A stretch of DNA of 49,214 nt, taken from Pseudobacteriovorax sp. (GTDB taxonomy: Bacteria > Bdellovibrionota_B > Oligoflexia > Oligoflexales > Oligoflexaceae). The stretch is taken from the NCBI GenBank assembly GCA_050293845.1, contig JBNKNM010000020.1:1-49214 (forward strand), read 5' to 3'. Shown one piece after another: positions 30,367-40,116 of the stretch (within the stretch, counting starts at the first letter, position 1; every line of letters begins with the position of its first letter). Below the pieces are notes generated by a model that saw only the letters and a list, made by a program, of their open reading frames with translations, was not told the origin of the DNA and did not search any database. Position numbers and translations under genes: made by a program.

Positions 30367-31548
30367 ATGGAAAATATCTTATTTGATCAAAATACTACAG
30401 CAAAAATAATGATAGTCGATGATCAACAAAACAATATTGATTCACTCATCGATGTATTAGAACCTTTAAATATATCGTTTATTACTTCAAAATCCCCCCA
30501 CCAAGCTCTTGATTTATTGAAAGAAAACAAAGGGGACATTGCCACTATCCTTCTTGATGTTCAGATGCCTAATATGGATGGTTTTGAATTAGCTAATATG
30601 ATTCAAAATCTTAACTTGAAAAACAAGCCACCAATTATTTTTCTAACAGCAATATACAAGGAGCCGGAATACATTCATCGCGGGTACCATTCAGGAGCTG
30701 TAGACTATCTAACGAAACCTATAAACATTCACGTACTAAGAGCTAAAGTTACAGGCTTCATAGAGATTTACAACCAAAATAAAAAAAACATATTACTTTC
30801 GCAAAAACTATCTACAACAGTAAAAAAATTGAAAGATCTCAACGAAAATCTTAATTCATTTGCTTATATCGTTTCCCATGATTTAAAAGCACCCTTACGA
30901 CAGCTTACAGGATTTATTGATGTGTTTGCCGATATTTACTCACAAAAGGAGGCACCACCTGAGGAAGAAACGCTATACCTAGCTAAAATCCAGGAATGTG
31001 CTGAGAGAATGCAGCGTATTATCAATGATATTCTAAGCTTTGCTAAGCATGGTCTATCTTCGATTTCTCCAGAGCAAATATATTTATCAAATATTATTTT
31101 TCATTCAGAAAAACAATTGCGTGACGTGATCAATGCCTCAAATGCCAAAATTTCCATAGAAGAAGATTGTTATCTTGAGGTTGACAAAGAAAAATTCATT
31201 CTCGTGTTTCAGAACTTAATTCAAAATGCTATCAAATACTGTGCAAAAGACACAGCCCCTTATATTTCAATTTCCTACAAATCTTCAAAGGACACAAAGC
31301 TCCTAAAAATAAAAGATAATGGAATTGGCATTGACACAAAGCACCATAAAGACATTTTCACCTTACTCAAACGTCTGCATAGTGAAGATGAAATACCTGG
31401 ATCAGGTATCGGTTTAGCAGTTTGTGAAAAAATAATTGAAGCACATGAAGGGAAAATCTGGGTAGAATCGACTAAGGGAAAGGGATCAACATTTATTATA
31501 GAATTGCCTCAAAAAGGAAAGCCAAAATGTCCGACAACAGCAACATGA
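30367..31548 (+). CDS. Hybrid response regulator / histidine kinase (REC-HisKA-HATPase)
   Basis: IMIVDD, LLDVQMPNMDG, FLTA, DYLTKP; SHDLKAPLR, NLIQNAIKY, DNGIG, GSGIGL. Confidence 0.93.
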   Translation: MENILFDQNTTAKIMIVDDQQNNIDSLIDVLEPLNISFITSKSPHQALDLLKENKGDIATILLDVQMPNMDGFELANMIQNLNLKNKPPIIFLTAIYKEPEYIHRGYHSGAVDYLTKPINIHVLRAKVTGFIEIYNQNKKNILLSQKLSTTVKKLKDLNENLNSFAYIVSHDLKAPLRQLTGFIDVFADIYSQKEAPPEEETLYLAKIQECAERMQRIINDILSFAKHGLSSISPEQIYLSNIIFHSEKQLRDVINASNAKISIEEDCYLEVDKEKFILVFQNLIQNAIKYCAKDTAPYISISYKSSKDTKLLKIKDNGIGIDTKHHKDIFTLLKRLHSEDEIPGSGIGLAVCEKIIEAHEGKIWVESTKGKGSTFIIELPQKGKPKCPTTAT

Positions 31549-33428
31549 TTAAACTACTATGCATAGAAGATAGTGAGAATGATTTCATTCTTTTCAAAGC
31601 AACTCTACAAAAAAATTCCTTTTTCACATTTGAAGCCCAACAATGCAATCGTGTAAAAAAAGCCATAGAATATCTACAATCAAGTAACTACGATATTATT
31701 TTTTTAGATCTGCATCTACCCGACTCGAAGGGCACCGCAACTCTTGATTCTATTTTTTCACTCACCAAAAATATTCCTATCATTGTCATGACAGATAGCA
31801 CTGACCCCCAATTCACTTTCCAAGCGATTGATCGCGGGGCTCAAGATTTTATGATAAAAGGGAATGTCAACCCAGATACCTTAGCCCGATCAATTCTATT
31901 ATCTATAAGGCGCAAGAAATTTGAAACGAGAATAAAGTCAGAGAAGGAAGATGCTGAAAAAATTAGCCGCTTTAAATCAGAGTTTCTTGCAAATATGAGC
32001 CATGAAATTCGTACTCCTATGAATGGCGTTGTCGGTATAGCCTCTATCATAAGACCTGAAAATGACGAACAGGCACAACAGCTAGAGACGATCCGTCTTT
32101 CTGCTGGTCATTTATTGAGTATAGTCAATAATATTCTTGATATGTCAAAAATTGAAGCAGGTATGTTAGAATTTGAGCATGAGGAGATTGAGATTCGTCC
32201 TATTTTTGACGAAGTGCTTGATATGTTTGCAGAGCAAGCCTACCGTAAAAAAGTAAATCTTTATAATAAAATCGATAAAAATATTCCCAAGTTGATTCAG
32301 GGGGACTCAACATACATTCGTCAGATTTGCTGTAATCTTATCAACAATGCCTTAAAATTCACTGAAAAGGGTTCCGTTACTTTAAAAGCCCAAACAATAT
32401 ATAATGACGGTCAGGAGCTGTTACATGTAGAAGTTAAAGATACAGGTATAGGTATTGCGGAGAATCAAATTTCAAATGTGTTCAATACTTTTGAGCAGGC
32501 AGAGCCAACGATAAAACGACGTTATGGTGGAAGTGGATTGGGCCTTGCTATATGTAAGCAACTTGTAGAACTGATGGGGGGAGAGATCAATGTTCATAGT
32601 AGCCTTTCAAAAGGGAGTTGCTTTTGGTTCCGGCTGCCTTTGGAAAAAATTGACTTAAAGCATTCCCCTCGACCAGATTTAAGCCTAAAACCAATTGTGG
32701 TTATCTCCGACTGCACAGAATCCCTAGATTATCTTGATGAAATTCTATCTATGCGGGATATTCCATTTAAAAAAAGACTCTACTCACCAGAAAAAGAAAT
32801 AGAAGCTATAGATGAAAATGCTATTGTCATTATCGACATTCAAAATGATTTAACGATGGAAAAAATATTCCATTTACTACCTAAATTGACTATATTTATC
32901 TATTCAAAATCCCAGTCATCCAAACTAAGAAGAAGAGCCTTAAAAGTAGCTCGTCCTTATAAACAAAGAGAAATTTATAATGCTTTGGCATGCATTGTTT
33001 CTCCAAAATTCTCACCTACGAACTACCGGACCAAATACAAAAAATTTAAATTACGAGCTTTAGTAGCAGAGGATGATGCTGTTAATCAATTGGTAACCAA
33101 AAAAATATTGCGTGTATTAGGGGTTGAAGTGGATATCGCCAACACGGGTCTTCAGGCTGTAGCCATGGTTGAAGGAGGCGATTATGACTTGGTTTTCATG
33201 GACTGCCATATGCCGGAAATGGATGGATATCAAGCAGTTCGAGAAATTCGAAAGCTAAAAGATCGCAGAAAAGCCAATATTCCGATTATAGCCTTAACAG
33301 CTGATGCTCTTCTTGGGACAGAGAGTACATGTCTATCCGCTGGCATGGACTTATATCTATCAAAGCCAGTGCAACTGGAAGCCATGAGAGAAAAAATAAC
33401 TCAAATCATGACAAAACTACCTGCTTAA
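31527..33428 (+). CDS. Hybrid histidine kinase (REC-HisKA-HATPase-degenerate REC-REC)
   Basis: LLCIED, FLDLHLPD; FLANMSHEIRTPMNG, NLINNALKFT, DTGIG, GGSGLGL; VAEDD, FMDCHMPEMDG, LTA, SKP. Confidence 0.93.
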   Translation: MSDNSNMIKLLCIEDSENDFILFKATLQKNSFFTFEAQQCNRVKKAIEYLQSSNYDIIFLDLHLPDSKGTATLDSIFSLTKNIPIIVMTDSTDPQFTFQAIDRGAQDFMIKGNVNPDTLARSILLSIRRKKFETRIKSEKEDAEKISRFKSEFLANMSHEIRTPMNGVVGIASIIRPENDEQAQQLETIRLSAGHLLSIVNNILDMSKIEAGMLEFEHEEIEIRPIFDEVLDMFAEQAYRKKVNLYNKIDKNIPKLIQGDSTYIRQICCNLINNALKFTEKGSVTLKAQTIYNDGQELLHVEVKDTGIGIAENQISNVFNTFEQAEPTIKRRYGGSGLGLAICKQLVELMGGEINVHSSLSKGSCFWFRLPLEKIDLKHSPRPDLSLKPIVVISDCTESLDYLDEILSMRDIPFKKRLYSPEKEIEAIDENAIVIIDIQNDLTMEKIFHLLPKLTIFIYSKSQSSKLRRRALKVARPYKQREIYNALACIVSPKFSPTNYRTKYKKFKLRALVAEDDAVNQLVTKKILRVLGVEVDIANTGLQAVAMVEGGDYDLVFMDCHMPEMDGYQAVREIRKLKDRRKANIPIIALTADALLGTESTCLSAGMDLYLSKPVQLEAMREKITQIMTKLPA

Positions 33429-33638
33429 CTATTCTAGCAACTTATTTAAGCCGTAGATTTTCTTCACTTGAGCAACCGAGAATCCCATATATTATTTAAA
33501 TATAATAAATATTTTTCCTTTGCCCCTACGGATAGTATGGACGAAGATTCTACCTTCTTCCATCTCGCAAACAAGACAAAGGAGTCATGCTCACTAATTT
33601 TAACAATAGAATAACAAGATGCCAATTGAAGGATATTT

Positions 33639-34505
33639 ATGAAAGATATTAAATATTTACTACCTATAATCGCTACTTTTTTAAGCTCCATTACCAGTGC
33701 CAATGCACAGAACCAACGTCCTCTAACCGTAGCTTATGTCGAGGTCAACGACCACGATATTGAAAACGTTGGCTGCTTTCGCTATGGGGACGGTTCACAG
33801 GTTTTTGACATTGCAGTTATTTTCGCGGCCAACATCAATTACGATGGCGAACGGGCGACTTTACACTTTAATCCTCAGGTTACCCGATTATTGAAGGAAA
33901 ATATTCATAAAGTTCGCAATTTACAGCAGAAAGGTCTGAGGGTTTTGCTTGATGTTTTAGGCAACCATCAGAATGCTGGCTGGTCTTGCTTCGCCAATGA
34001 GCTTGACGCTTACACGTACGCCACCACCTTAAAAGATGCCGTTGACTTATACGGGCTTGATGGCATTGATATAGACGATGAATATTCCAAATGTGAGCGC
34101 AGCTTCGATGATTCACTGATAAAAGTCACGAGTGCCTTACGCCAGCTCATGCCGGAAAAAATAATTTCCAAAACCCTTTGGACCGACAGTAGATACTTCG
34201 CTTCAGAATGGAATGGACTCAAACTTCACGAACAGCTGGACTACGGTTGGGAGGTGAGTTATGGTTCCTACGGTGCCAATAGTAGGGTGCTAAAATACAG
34301 AAACCTTGGCATGGCAGCTAGCAAACTCGGGGTGGGTGTTTCCGCAAATCATTCCTCATACCTGGGTCAATTGATCTATCAAGAAATACAGGGTTCCGAT
34401 TTAGGGGGCGGTCTTATGGTCTACAATGTGCGGGCGGATTCAGCAAACTTTTTAAGTCGCGTCTTAGGTGAACCTGTTTTGGTAAATGACGGTTGCCTAC
34501 ATTGA
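33639..34505 (+). CDS. GH18 endo-beta-N-acetylglucosaminidase (Endo H-like)
   Basis: Signal peptide; AYVEVN, FDIAVIFAANINYD, LHFN, VLGNHQNAG and catalytic LDGIDIDDEY closely follow Streptomyces Endo H motifs. Confidence 0.9.
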   Translation: MKDIKYLLPIIATFLSSITSANAQNQRPLTVAYVEVNDHDIENVGCFRYGDGSQVFDIAVIFAANINYDGERATLHFNPQVTRLLKENIHKVRNLQQKGLRVLLDVLGNHQNAGWSCFANELDAYTYATTLKDAVDLYGLDGIDIDDEYSKCERSFDDSLIKVTSALRQLMPEKIISKTLWTDSRYFASEWNGLKLHEQLDYGWEVSYGSYGANSRVLKYRNLGMAASKLGVGVSANHSSYLGQLIYQEIQGSDLGGGLMVYNVRADSANFLSRVLGEPVLVNDGCLH

Positions 34506-34524
34506 TGAAGCTGTAACATAATCA

Positions 34525-34559
34525 CCCTGGTACTGTCAAAACTTGGCAGCTGTCCAGGG
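34525..34559. terminator. Stem-loop between convergent GH18 and cheR genes
   Basis: CCCTGG..CTGTCAA-AAC-TTGGCAG..CCAGGG imperfect hairpin; no clear U tract. Confidence 0.35.
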
Positions 34560-34667
34560 GGACCGGTATCATGACCGGAAAGGACTTAAAATCTTCTTAA
34601 TCCGATCTCTAGTGAAGGGAGCACAGTCTTGCTTTTAGGCAAATAGTATCTTTAGACACTACTAATA

Positions 34668-35507
34668 TCAAAATTTTGTAATTAAGGCTGTGCCATTGAT
34701 CCTACGGCTTTTGCGATAGATTTGCTCAGTTTTTGAAAATTTAAATAAATTGTCGGTAAAATTTGAATATCCTATGTTTTCTTTGTTTCCAAGGGCTAAA
34801 AAACCGTCATTCATAATAGCTAGATCTAATTTAGACACTACCTTTTGTTGTAAGTCATAATTAAAATATATCATCACATTACGACAGAACACCATATGAA
34901 CCTCAGCAAAAATTTCATCAACAACAAGATTATGAAAGGAAAATACAATACGTTTCTTTAAAAAAGGAGCCATTGACATCTTATGGTCAAATTCGCTGAA
35001 ATAGTTTTTGAAATTATTTTGCCCTCCACTACGCTGATAGTTTTGCAGGTTCGCATCAAAATTTTTTAAAGGATAATAGCCATCTCTCGCAATTTTAAGA
35101 GATTTTTCATTGATATCTGTAGCATAAATCAACGACCGATCTAATAAATTTGCTTCATATAAAAGTATAGCCATTGAGTAGACTTCTTCACCACTTGAGC
35201 AACCGGCATGCCATATTTTTATTCTTGGATATGTTGCTAATATAGGTAACAATTGAGACCTAATGACCCTAAAAAAATGAGGGTCACGAAACATCTCTGT
35301 GACCTGAACTGTTAACTCTTGGATAAATTCTACAAATAAGTTTTCATTATTGATAAGAACATCGATCAATCTACGAAAATCCAATTGATGACGTATGATG
35401 AAGTTTTCGATTCTCCTCTCCAAAGAGGGGCGGGAATAACCTCTAAAATCAAAGCCATAATACTTGTATATTTTTTCTAGCAGCTGAGTTATCGGGAAAC
35501 GATCAAT
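34668..35507 (-). CDS. cheR: CheR-family protein-glutamate O-methyltransferase
   Basis: YGFDFRGY, VTEMFRDP, IWHAGCSSGEEVYS, YATDIN, HNLV, CRNVMIYF, GFLALG..E. Start placed at in-frame ATT 7 nt after AGGAGG (see findings). Confidence 0.92.
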   Translation of the reverse strand: MDRFPITQLLEKIYKYYGFDFRGYSRPSLERRIENFIIRHQLDFRRLIDVLINNENLFVEFIQELTVQVTEMFRDPHFFRVIRSQLLPILATYPRIKIWHAGCSSGEEVYSMAILLYEANLLDRSLIYATDINEKSLKIARDGYYPLKNFDANLQNYQRSGGQNNFKNYFSEFDHKMSMAPFLKKRIVFSFHNLVVDEIFAEVHMVFCRNVMIYFNYDLQQKVVSKLDLAIMNDGFLALGNKENIGYSNFTDNLFKFSKTEQIYRKSRRINGTALITKF

Positions 35508-35520
35508 ATTATATCCTCCT

Positions 35521-38500
35521 TTATGCGGACTTATAAAGCCATATACGTAGCAAAGAAAGCAGCTGATCAATATTGACAGGCTTAGAGACGTAATCATCAC
35601 ATCCCACGGATAGGCACTTCTTCTTTTCACCTTTCATGGCTTTTGCTGTCAAAGCTATCACTGGTAAATCGCGACAATGATCCTTAATAAGCCTAGTTGC
35701 TTCATAGCCATCCATCACTGGCATCATCATATCCATAAGTACTAAATCAATGGCAACCTCTTTTTCTTGCACAATTTCAACCGCTTCCTTGCCATTTTTC
35801 GCTGTTATGATCTCTACCCCCGTATCTTCCAGTACCTCGCTCAAGCTCAATCTATTTCGTGTATCGTCATCAACAATTAGGATAGTCCGTCCCCTTATAA
35901 TGCGCCCAGGGTCTCTCAAGTCTCGCAGCATTCTTTGTTGGGCTCTGCTTAAATTCTTTTCTACCCTGTGCAAGCTAATAGTTGTTTCAAAAAATAACCT
36001 TTCCAGTGATTTGACACCTTTTATGATAATTGAATTTGAGTATTTTTCTAATTTATCCATAACTTCATCACTTAAATCCATAGCTGTATACACAATGATC
36101 GGTGGAAAAAAATTTTCCTGTAAAATCAGCTGTGATTTATCCAGAAATTTTAGTCCGTCCATATCAGGTAAAATAAGGTCTAAAATAATACAGTGGGGAA
36201 CTTCTTTTTCTAGGAAAGTAAGCCCTTCACTTCCTGATGAAGCCTCAATAATGTTAAGATCCTGCTGCCCTAAAAGTTCATTCATAGCTCTGCGTTGATT
36301 TTGATCAGCTTCGATGACTAGCAGTGTTCGCTGCTTTCTCGGGTTCAGGTTGTCGATATAATTTAGAAATTTTCTTAGGTTTGCTTTTTCTATGGGCTTT
36401 GTCAAGTAGCCGATAGCACCTTTGGCTAAGGATCGGTGCTCATCCTCCCGTGCTGAAATCACCAATATAGGGATATGCTGAGTCAGGTTACTTGACTTAA
36501 GCACGTCAATGACCTCAAGACCATCCATTCTCGGTAAGGATAAATCCAGCAATAATCCTGCAGGCCGCAGTTCTTCCGATAGCCGGACCCCACTAATACC
36601 ATCTGAAGCCAGAACAACTTTAAATCCTAAATCATGACACATTTCCATCAATACTTCGTATATGGAAGGGTCATCTTCTACAATTATGATTACCTTGTCG
36701 CCAAGCTGCAAATCATAGCGATCATCTTTCATTTTAATTTCTGGAGCATAAAGTTTTTTGGGTTCTTTGACTCTTGGGAGTGTACGGTTTTTTTTCTGAC
36801 TAAGTATTTTCTTCTTTTCGATAGCTTTGAGTGATGGTTTTTTAGCCGGTATACTTACAGTAAATATAGAGCCTTCACCAAGAGTACTAACTAAAGTAAT
36901 ACTTCCACAAAGTAAATCAACTAGTTTTTTGGTAATAGATAGGCCTAGTCCCGTTCCTCCAAATTTTCTTGTTGTTTTGCCATCTACTTGTTGAAATGCC
37001 TGAAATACACTTTTTTGATGATCTTTGGGAATACCAATCCCTGTATCCTTGATCATAAATTTAATATCATTATTATCATCGATATCTACTTGAATCATGA
37101 CTGAACCTTTATCAGTGAATTTTATCGCATTCGAAAGCAAATTCTTAAATACTTGTTCTAAACGAACGTTATCGCTTTCAATAGTCATGGGAACATTTTC
37201 AGATATCAATATTTTAAAAGTCAAACCTTTACTTTTTGCCAGTGGAGACATCAGCCTACTCAAATTATCGAAAAATCGATCTAATCGAAACAAATTGTAG
37301 CTCACTTCGAATTTTCCGGACTCGATTTTTGATAAATCTAATATATCATTGATCAGATTTAAAAGATCAGTTCCAGCTGTGTAAATTGTTTCAAGATTTG
37401 AAACCTGACGCTCATTAAGATTTCCTTTTCTATTCTCTGCCATAGACTGTGATAGCATTAAGATTGAATTAAGAGGAGTGCGCAACTCATGAGACATATT
37501 AGCAAGAAATTCTGATTTATAACGACTGGATTCTTCTATTTCAAAGGCTCTTTTTTGTAGCAGTTCTTGAGTCTCTTCTAACTCGCTAGTTTTTTCACTA
37601 AGACGTTTTTTTTCATTTTCCAAAGCAAACGAGCGTGCTTTTAATTCTTCATTTGTGGATTTGAGTTCTTCTTTCTGGGATCTTAATTCTTCTTCCGATG
37701 CCTGCAACTCATAGTTTACTTTTTTAAGATCTTTCTGCTGCATCTGCAGGTCTATTGCTTGCTTACGTGTTTCCTCGAAAAGATACTTTACCGTTTCATC
37801 TTTAATACGAACTAAAATATTAAGGGCAATGGGTTCAACAACATTTCCAATAAAGGCTAAATCTCTAGTTGATAATTCCCTTTCACATCCGAATTCGATA
37901 ACTCCTACAATGTGCTCACCCCTCATCACCGGAAAAACATAAAGATAAGGCAAATAAAGATCTACCAGACCAGTTTGTAGTCGTAATCGAGGCTCAGAAG
38001 TAATTTTATGCTGTTCGAGTTTTTTAGTAATAAGAACTTGACCGACCACTCCTTCTCCATGTTTAAAATCCACGATCTTTAGATCAGATGGAATGCGGCA
38101 GCCACTCGCCAATGTTGCCACTTTTTGTTCAGGATCATAGCGATAGAATAAGCCTACAGGAACATCTATATAATCACAAAGAAACGTAATCACACTATCA
38201 ATGATCGAAGCTAAACTCTGGTCAGAAGCCAAAATTTTATAAAGGTTCACCTGCCCCTTCTGCATCCAGGCTTGTTCTTCCAAATAGAGATTGGCCTTTT
38301 TTAATTTCTCTTCGGCGGTTTTCACCGCTGTTAGATCATTAATAATGGCAACAAAGTAGCGTTTTTTACCAACATAAAATTCACTGACAGAAATATGGAC
38401 AGGAAATATAGAGCCATTCTTTTTAATGGCGTTTAACTTCCTACCTGTCCCCATCTTTTTCCTATTCCCTATATTGATATATGCGGATAGGTAATGATCA

Positions 38501-39426
38501 CCTTCCTCTTGATGGGGTTTGGGTGCTAAAATTTTGACATCAGAACCTACCAACTCGGATTCCTGATATCCAAACATTCTCAATGTTGCATCATTAATCG
38601 ACTCTATAATGCCTGCATTGTTTATAGTAATAATGGGAACAATTGCTGATTGGATTACTGCTTTGGTTTTAAGTTCAGCCTGTTTTGAACTGGAAAGGTC
38701 ATTGATAAATCCAACAAAAAACTTTTCATTACCAATACTGAATTCACTCACACTCAGATGAATAGGAATAATACTACCGTCTTTCAGTTGAGCTTCTAGC
38801 TCCCTGCCTGTACCAATAATTTTCTTTTCACCAGTATTGAGATAGTTTTTGATGTACCTATCATGCCTAATTTTATGAGGTTCTGGAATCAATATTTTGA
38901 TATTTTTACCAATCATTTCTTCATTTTCATAACCAAATAAGCGACTCGTTGCTGAATTAATCGTTTGAATTACACCTTTATAATCGATAGTAATAATAGG
39001 ATTAAGAGCCGTTTCAACTATAGCCTCAATTTTACGCTCAGAGTCTTTTATTTCTGATAAATCGTTTAAAATACCAACAAAAAAGCGCGTAGAACCTTCT
39101 TTAAACTCACTTACTGAAAGGTGTATGGGAATGCGATGGCCATCTTTTCCTTGAGCCTCTAATTCACGACCCTTACCAATAATTTTTTTTACGCCTGTTT
39201 TCAGATAAGATTTGATATAGGTATCGTGAATCTTGCCATGTGGCTCAGGAACAATCAGGCAAATATTTTCCCCAATCAGTTCATCCTGTCGATAGCCGAG
39301 CATCTTAGTTGTTGCTTGGTTTACTGAACAGATGATGCCGTTTTCATTGATTGTGATAATAGGCAATGCAGCTGTATCAACAATAGCCTGTACCCTGCTC
39401 TCATTAGCAATGGAATCACTAGCCAA
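35521..39426 (-). CDS. Cytoplasmic hybrid histidine kinase: 3x FixL-type PAS, GAF, coiled coil, HisKA, HATPase, 3x REC
   Basis: Three ~120-aa PAS repeats; GAF (GEGVVGQV); FLANMSHELRTPLN; NLLSNAIKFT; GGTGLGL; three receivers (IVEDD/LLDLSLP, VIEAD/ILDLILP, IVDDD/LMDMMMP). TTG start with GGAGG SD. Confidence 0.95.
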   Translation of the reverse strand: MASDSIANESRVQAIVDTAALPIITINENGIICSVNQATTKMLGYRQDELIGENICLIVPEPHGKIHDTYIKSYLKTGVKKIIGKGRELEAQGKDGHRIPIHLSVSEFKEGSTRFFVGILNDLSEIKDSERKIEAIVETALNPIITIDYKGVIQTINSATSRLFGYENEEMIGKNIKILIPEPHKIRHDRYIKNYLNTGEKKIIGTGRELEAQLKDGSIIPIHLSVSEFSIGNEKFFVGFINDLSSSKQAELKTKAVIQSAIVPIITINNAGIIESINDATLRMFGYQESELVGSDVKILAPKPHQEEGDHYLSAYINIGNRKKMGTGRKLNAIKKNGSIFPVHISVSEFYVGKKRYFVAIINDLTAVKTAEEKLKKANLYLEEQAWMQKGQVNLYKILASDQSLASIIDSVITFLCDYIDVPVGLFYRYDPEQKVATLASGCRIPSDLKIVDFKHGEGVVGQVLITKKLEQHKITSEPRLRLQTGLVDLYLPYLYVFPVMRGEHIVGVIEFGCERELSTRDLAFIGNVVEPIALNILVRIKDETVKYLFEETRKQAIDLQMQQKDLKKVNYELQASEEELRSQKEELKSTNEELKARSFALENEKKRLSEKTSELEETQELLQKRAFEIEESSRYKSEFLANMSHELRTPLNSILMLSQSMAENRKGNLNERQVSNLETIYTAGTDLLNLINDILDLSKIESGKFEVSYNLFRLDRFFDNLSRLMSPLAKSKGLTFKILISENVPMTIESDNVRLEQVFKNLLSNAIKFTDKGSVMIQVDIDDNNDIKFMIKDTGIGIPKDHQKSVFQAFQQVDGKTTRKFGGTGLGLSITKKLVDLLCGSITLVSTLGEGSIFTVSIPAKKPSLKAIEKKKILSQKKNRTLPRVKEPKKLYAPEIKMKDDRYDLQLGDKVIIIVEDDPSIYEVLMEMCHDLGFKVVLASDGISGVRLSEELRPAGLLLDLSLPRMDGLEVIDVLKSSNLTQHIPILVISAREDEHRSLAKGAIGYLTKPIEKANLRKFLNYIDNLNPRKQRTLLVIEADQNQRRAMNELLGQQDLNIIEASSGSEGLTFLEKEVPHCIILDLILPDMDGLKFLDKSQLILQENFFPPIIVYTAMDLSDEVMDKLEKYSNSIIIKGVKSLERLFFETTISLHRVEKNLSRAQQRMLRDLRDPGRIIRGRTILIVDDDTRNRLSLSEVLEDTGVEIITAKNGKEAVEIVQEKEVAIDLVLMDMMMPVMDGYEATRLIKDHCRDLPVIALTAKAMKGEKKKCLSVGCDDYVSKPVNIDQLLSLLRIWLYKSA

Positions 39427-40068
39427 GTAAACCTCCCGAAAAGATTGAGTATCAAGTTATTCGCATTATCCAGAACCCCACTCCCGCAACATGGCTAAGC
39501 CGGGAAGGCAATGTTTAAAAATAAAAGTGATACTCATTTAGCTTAAACTTAATCTAAACTAAACTATCACGTAACCTTAATCGCTTTATCAGCGGCAAGT
39601 TTCTTATGGAAGAATCCAAAAGTACTCAAATTTTGCCTTTTGCAACAGAAGGTTCTGTAATTATATCTTTCATGTTTCCTGATGTATTAATAGTACTATA
39701 GTACTATAATAGTACAAATCTTTGCGAACCTGTTACTTCTATATATTGCTTAGATTTCATTATGTAGCTGGGTCTTGTTACTTAGCTGTTGAAACCATTT
39801 TAAAAAGCCCCACCTGGCAGGAGTGATTGATCAGCACCGTATCCTCACTAACTTAGTAAATTTTTGTTTATTCGTTCTTAAGACTTTGTTGCAATAGTTT
39901 TATTTGACGAATAATTTTTACCAAGTTATTGTCCTCTGAGCTCAATTTTAGACTTAAAAAAATAGCTAAAGAATACTACTGAGGCTTTATTGCGAAAAGT
40001 AAAGTAGAAATGTGTAAGATAGGGTTTACAGAAAATTTAACTCAATGCTAATCAGCATCCCTGGGTTT

Positions 40069-40116
40069 AGAGCCAGGCGCTACTTAAATAAAGTGGCACC
40101 TGGTTCTGGTTTTTTT
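40069..40116 (+). terminator. Orphan intrinsic terminator-like hairpin
   Basis: 17-position stem AGAGCCAGGCGCTACTT / AAGTGGCACCTGGTTCT (one mismatch, two G-U) followed by T7. Confidence 0.65.

Noticed and set aside
35508..35630. ORF-track N-terminal extension of cheR
   Set aside because: Overlaps the kinase C-terminus out of frame; the strong SD lies downstream at 35515-35520.
35750..36298. 182-aa plus-strand ORF opposite the hybrid kinase
   Set aside because: Antisense shadow of receiver domains; no SD or protein-like features.
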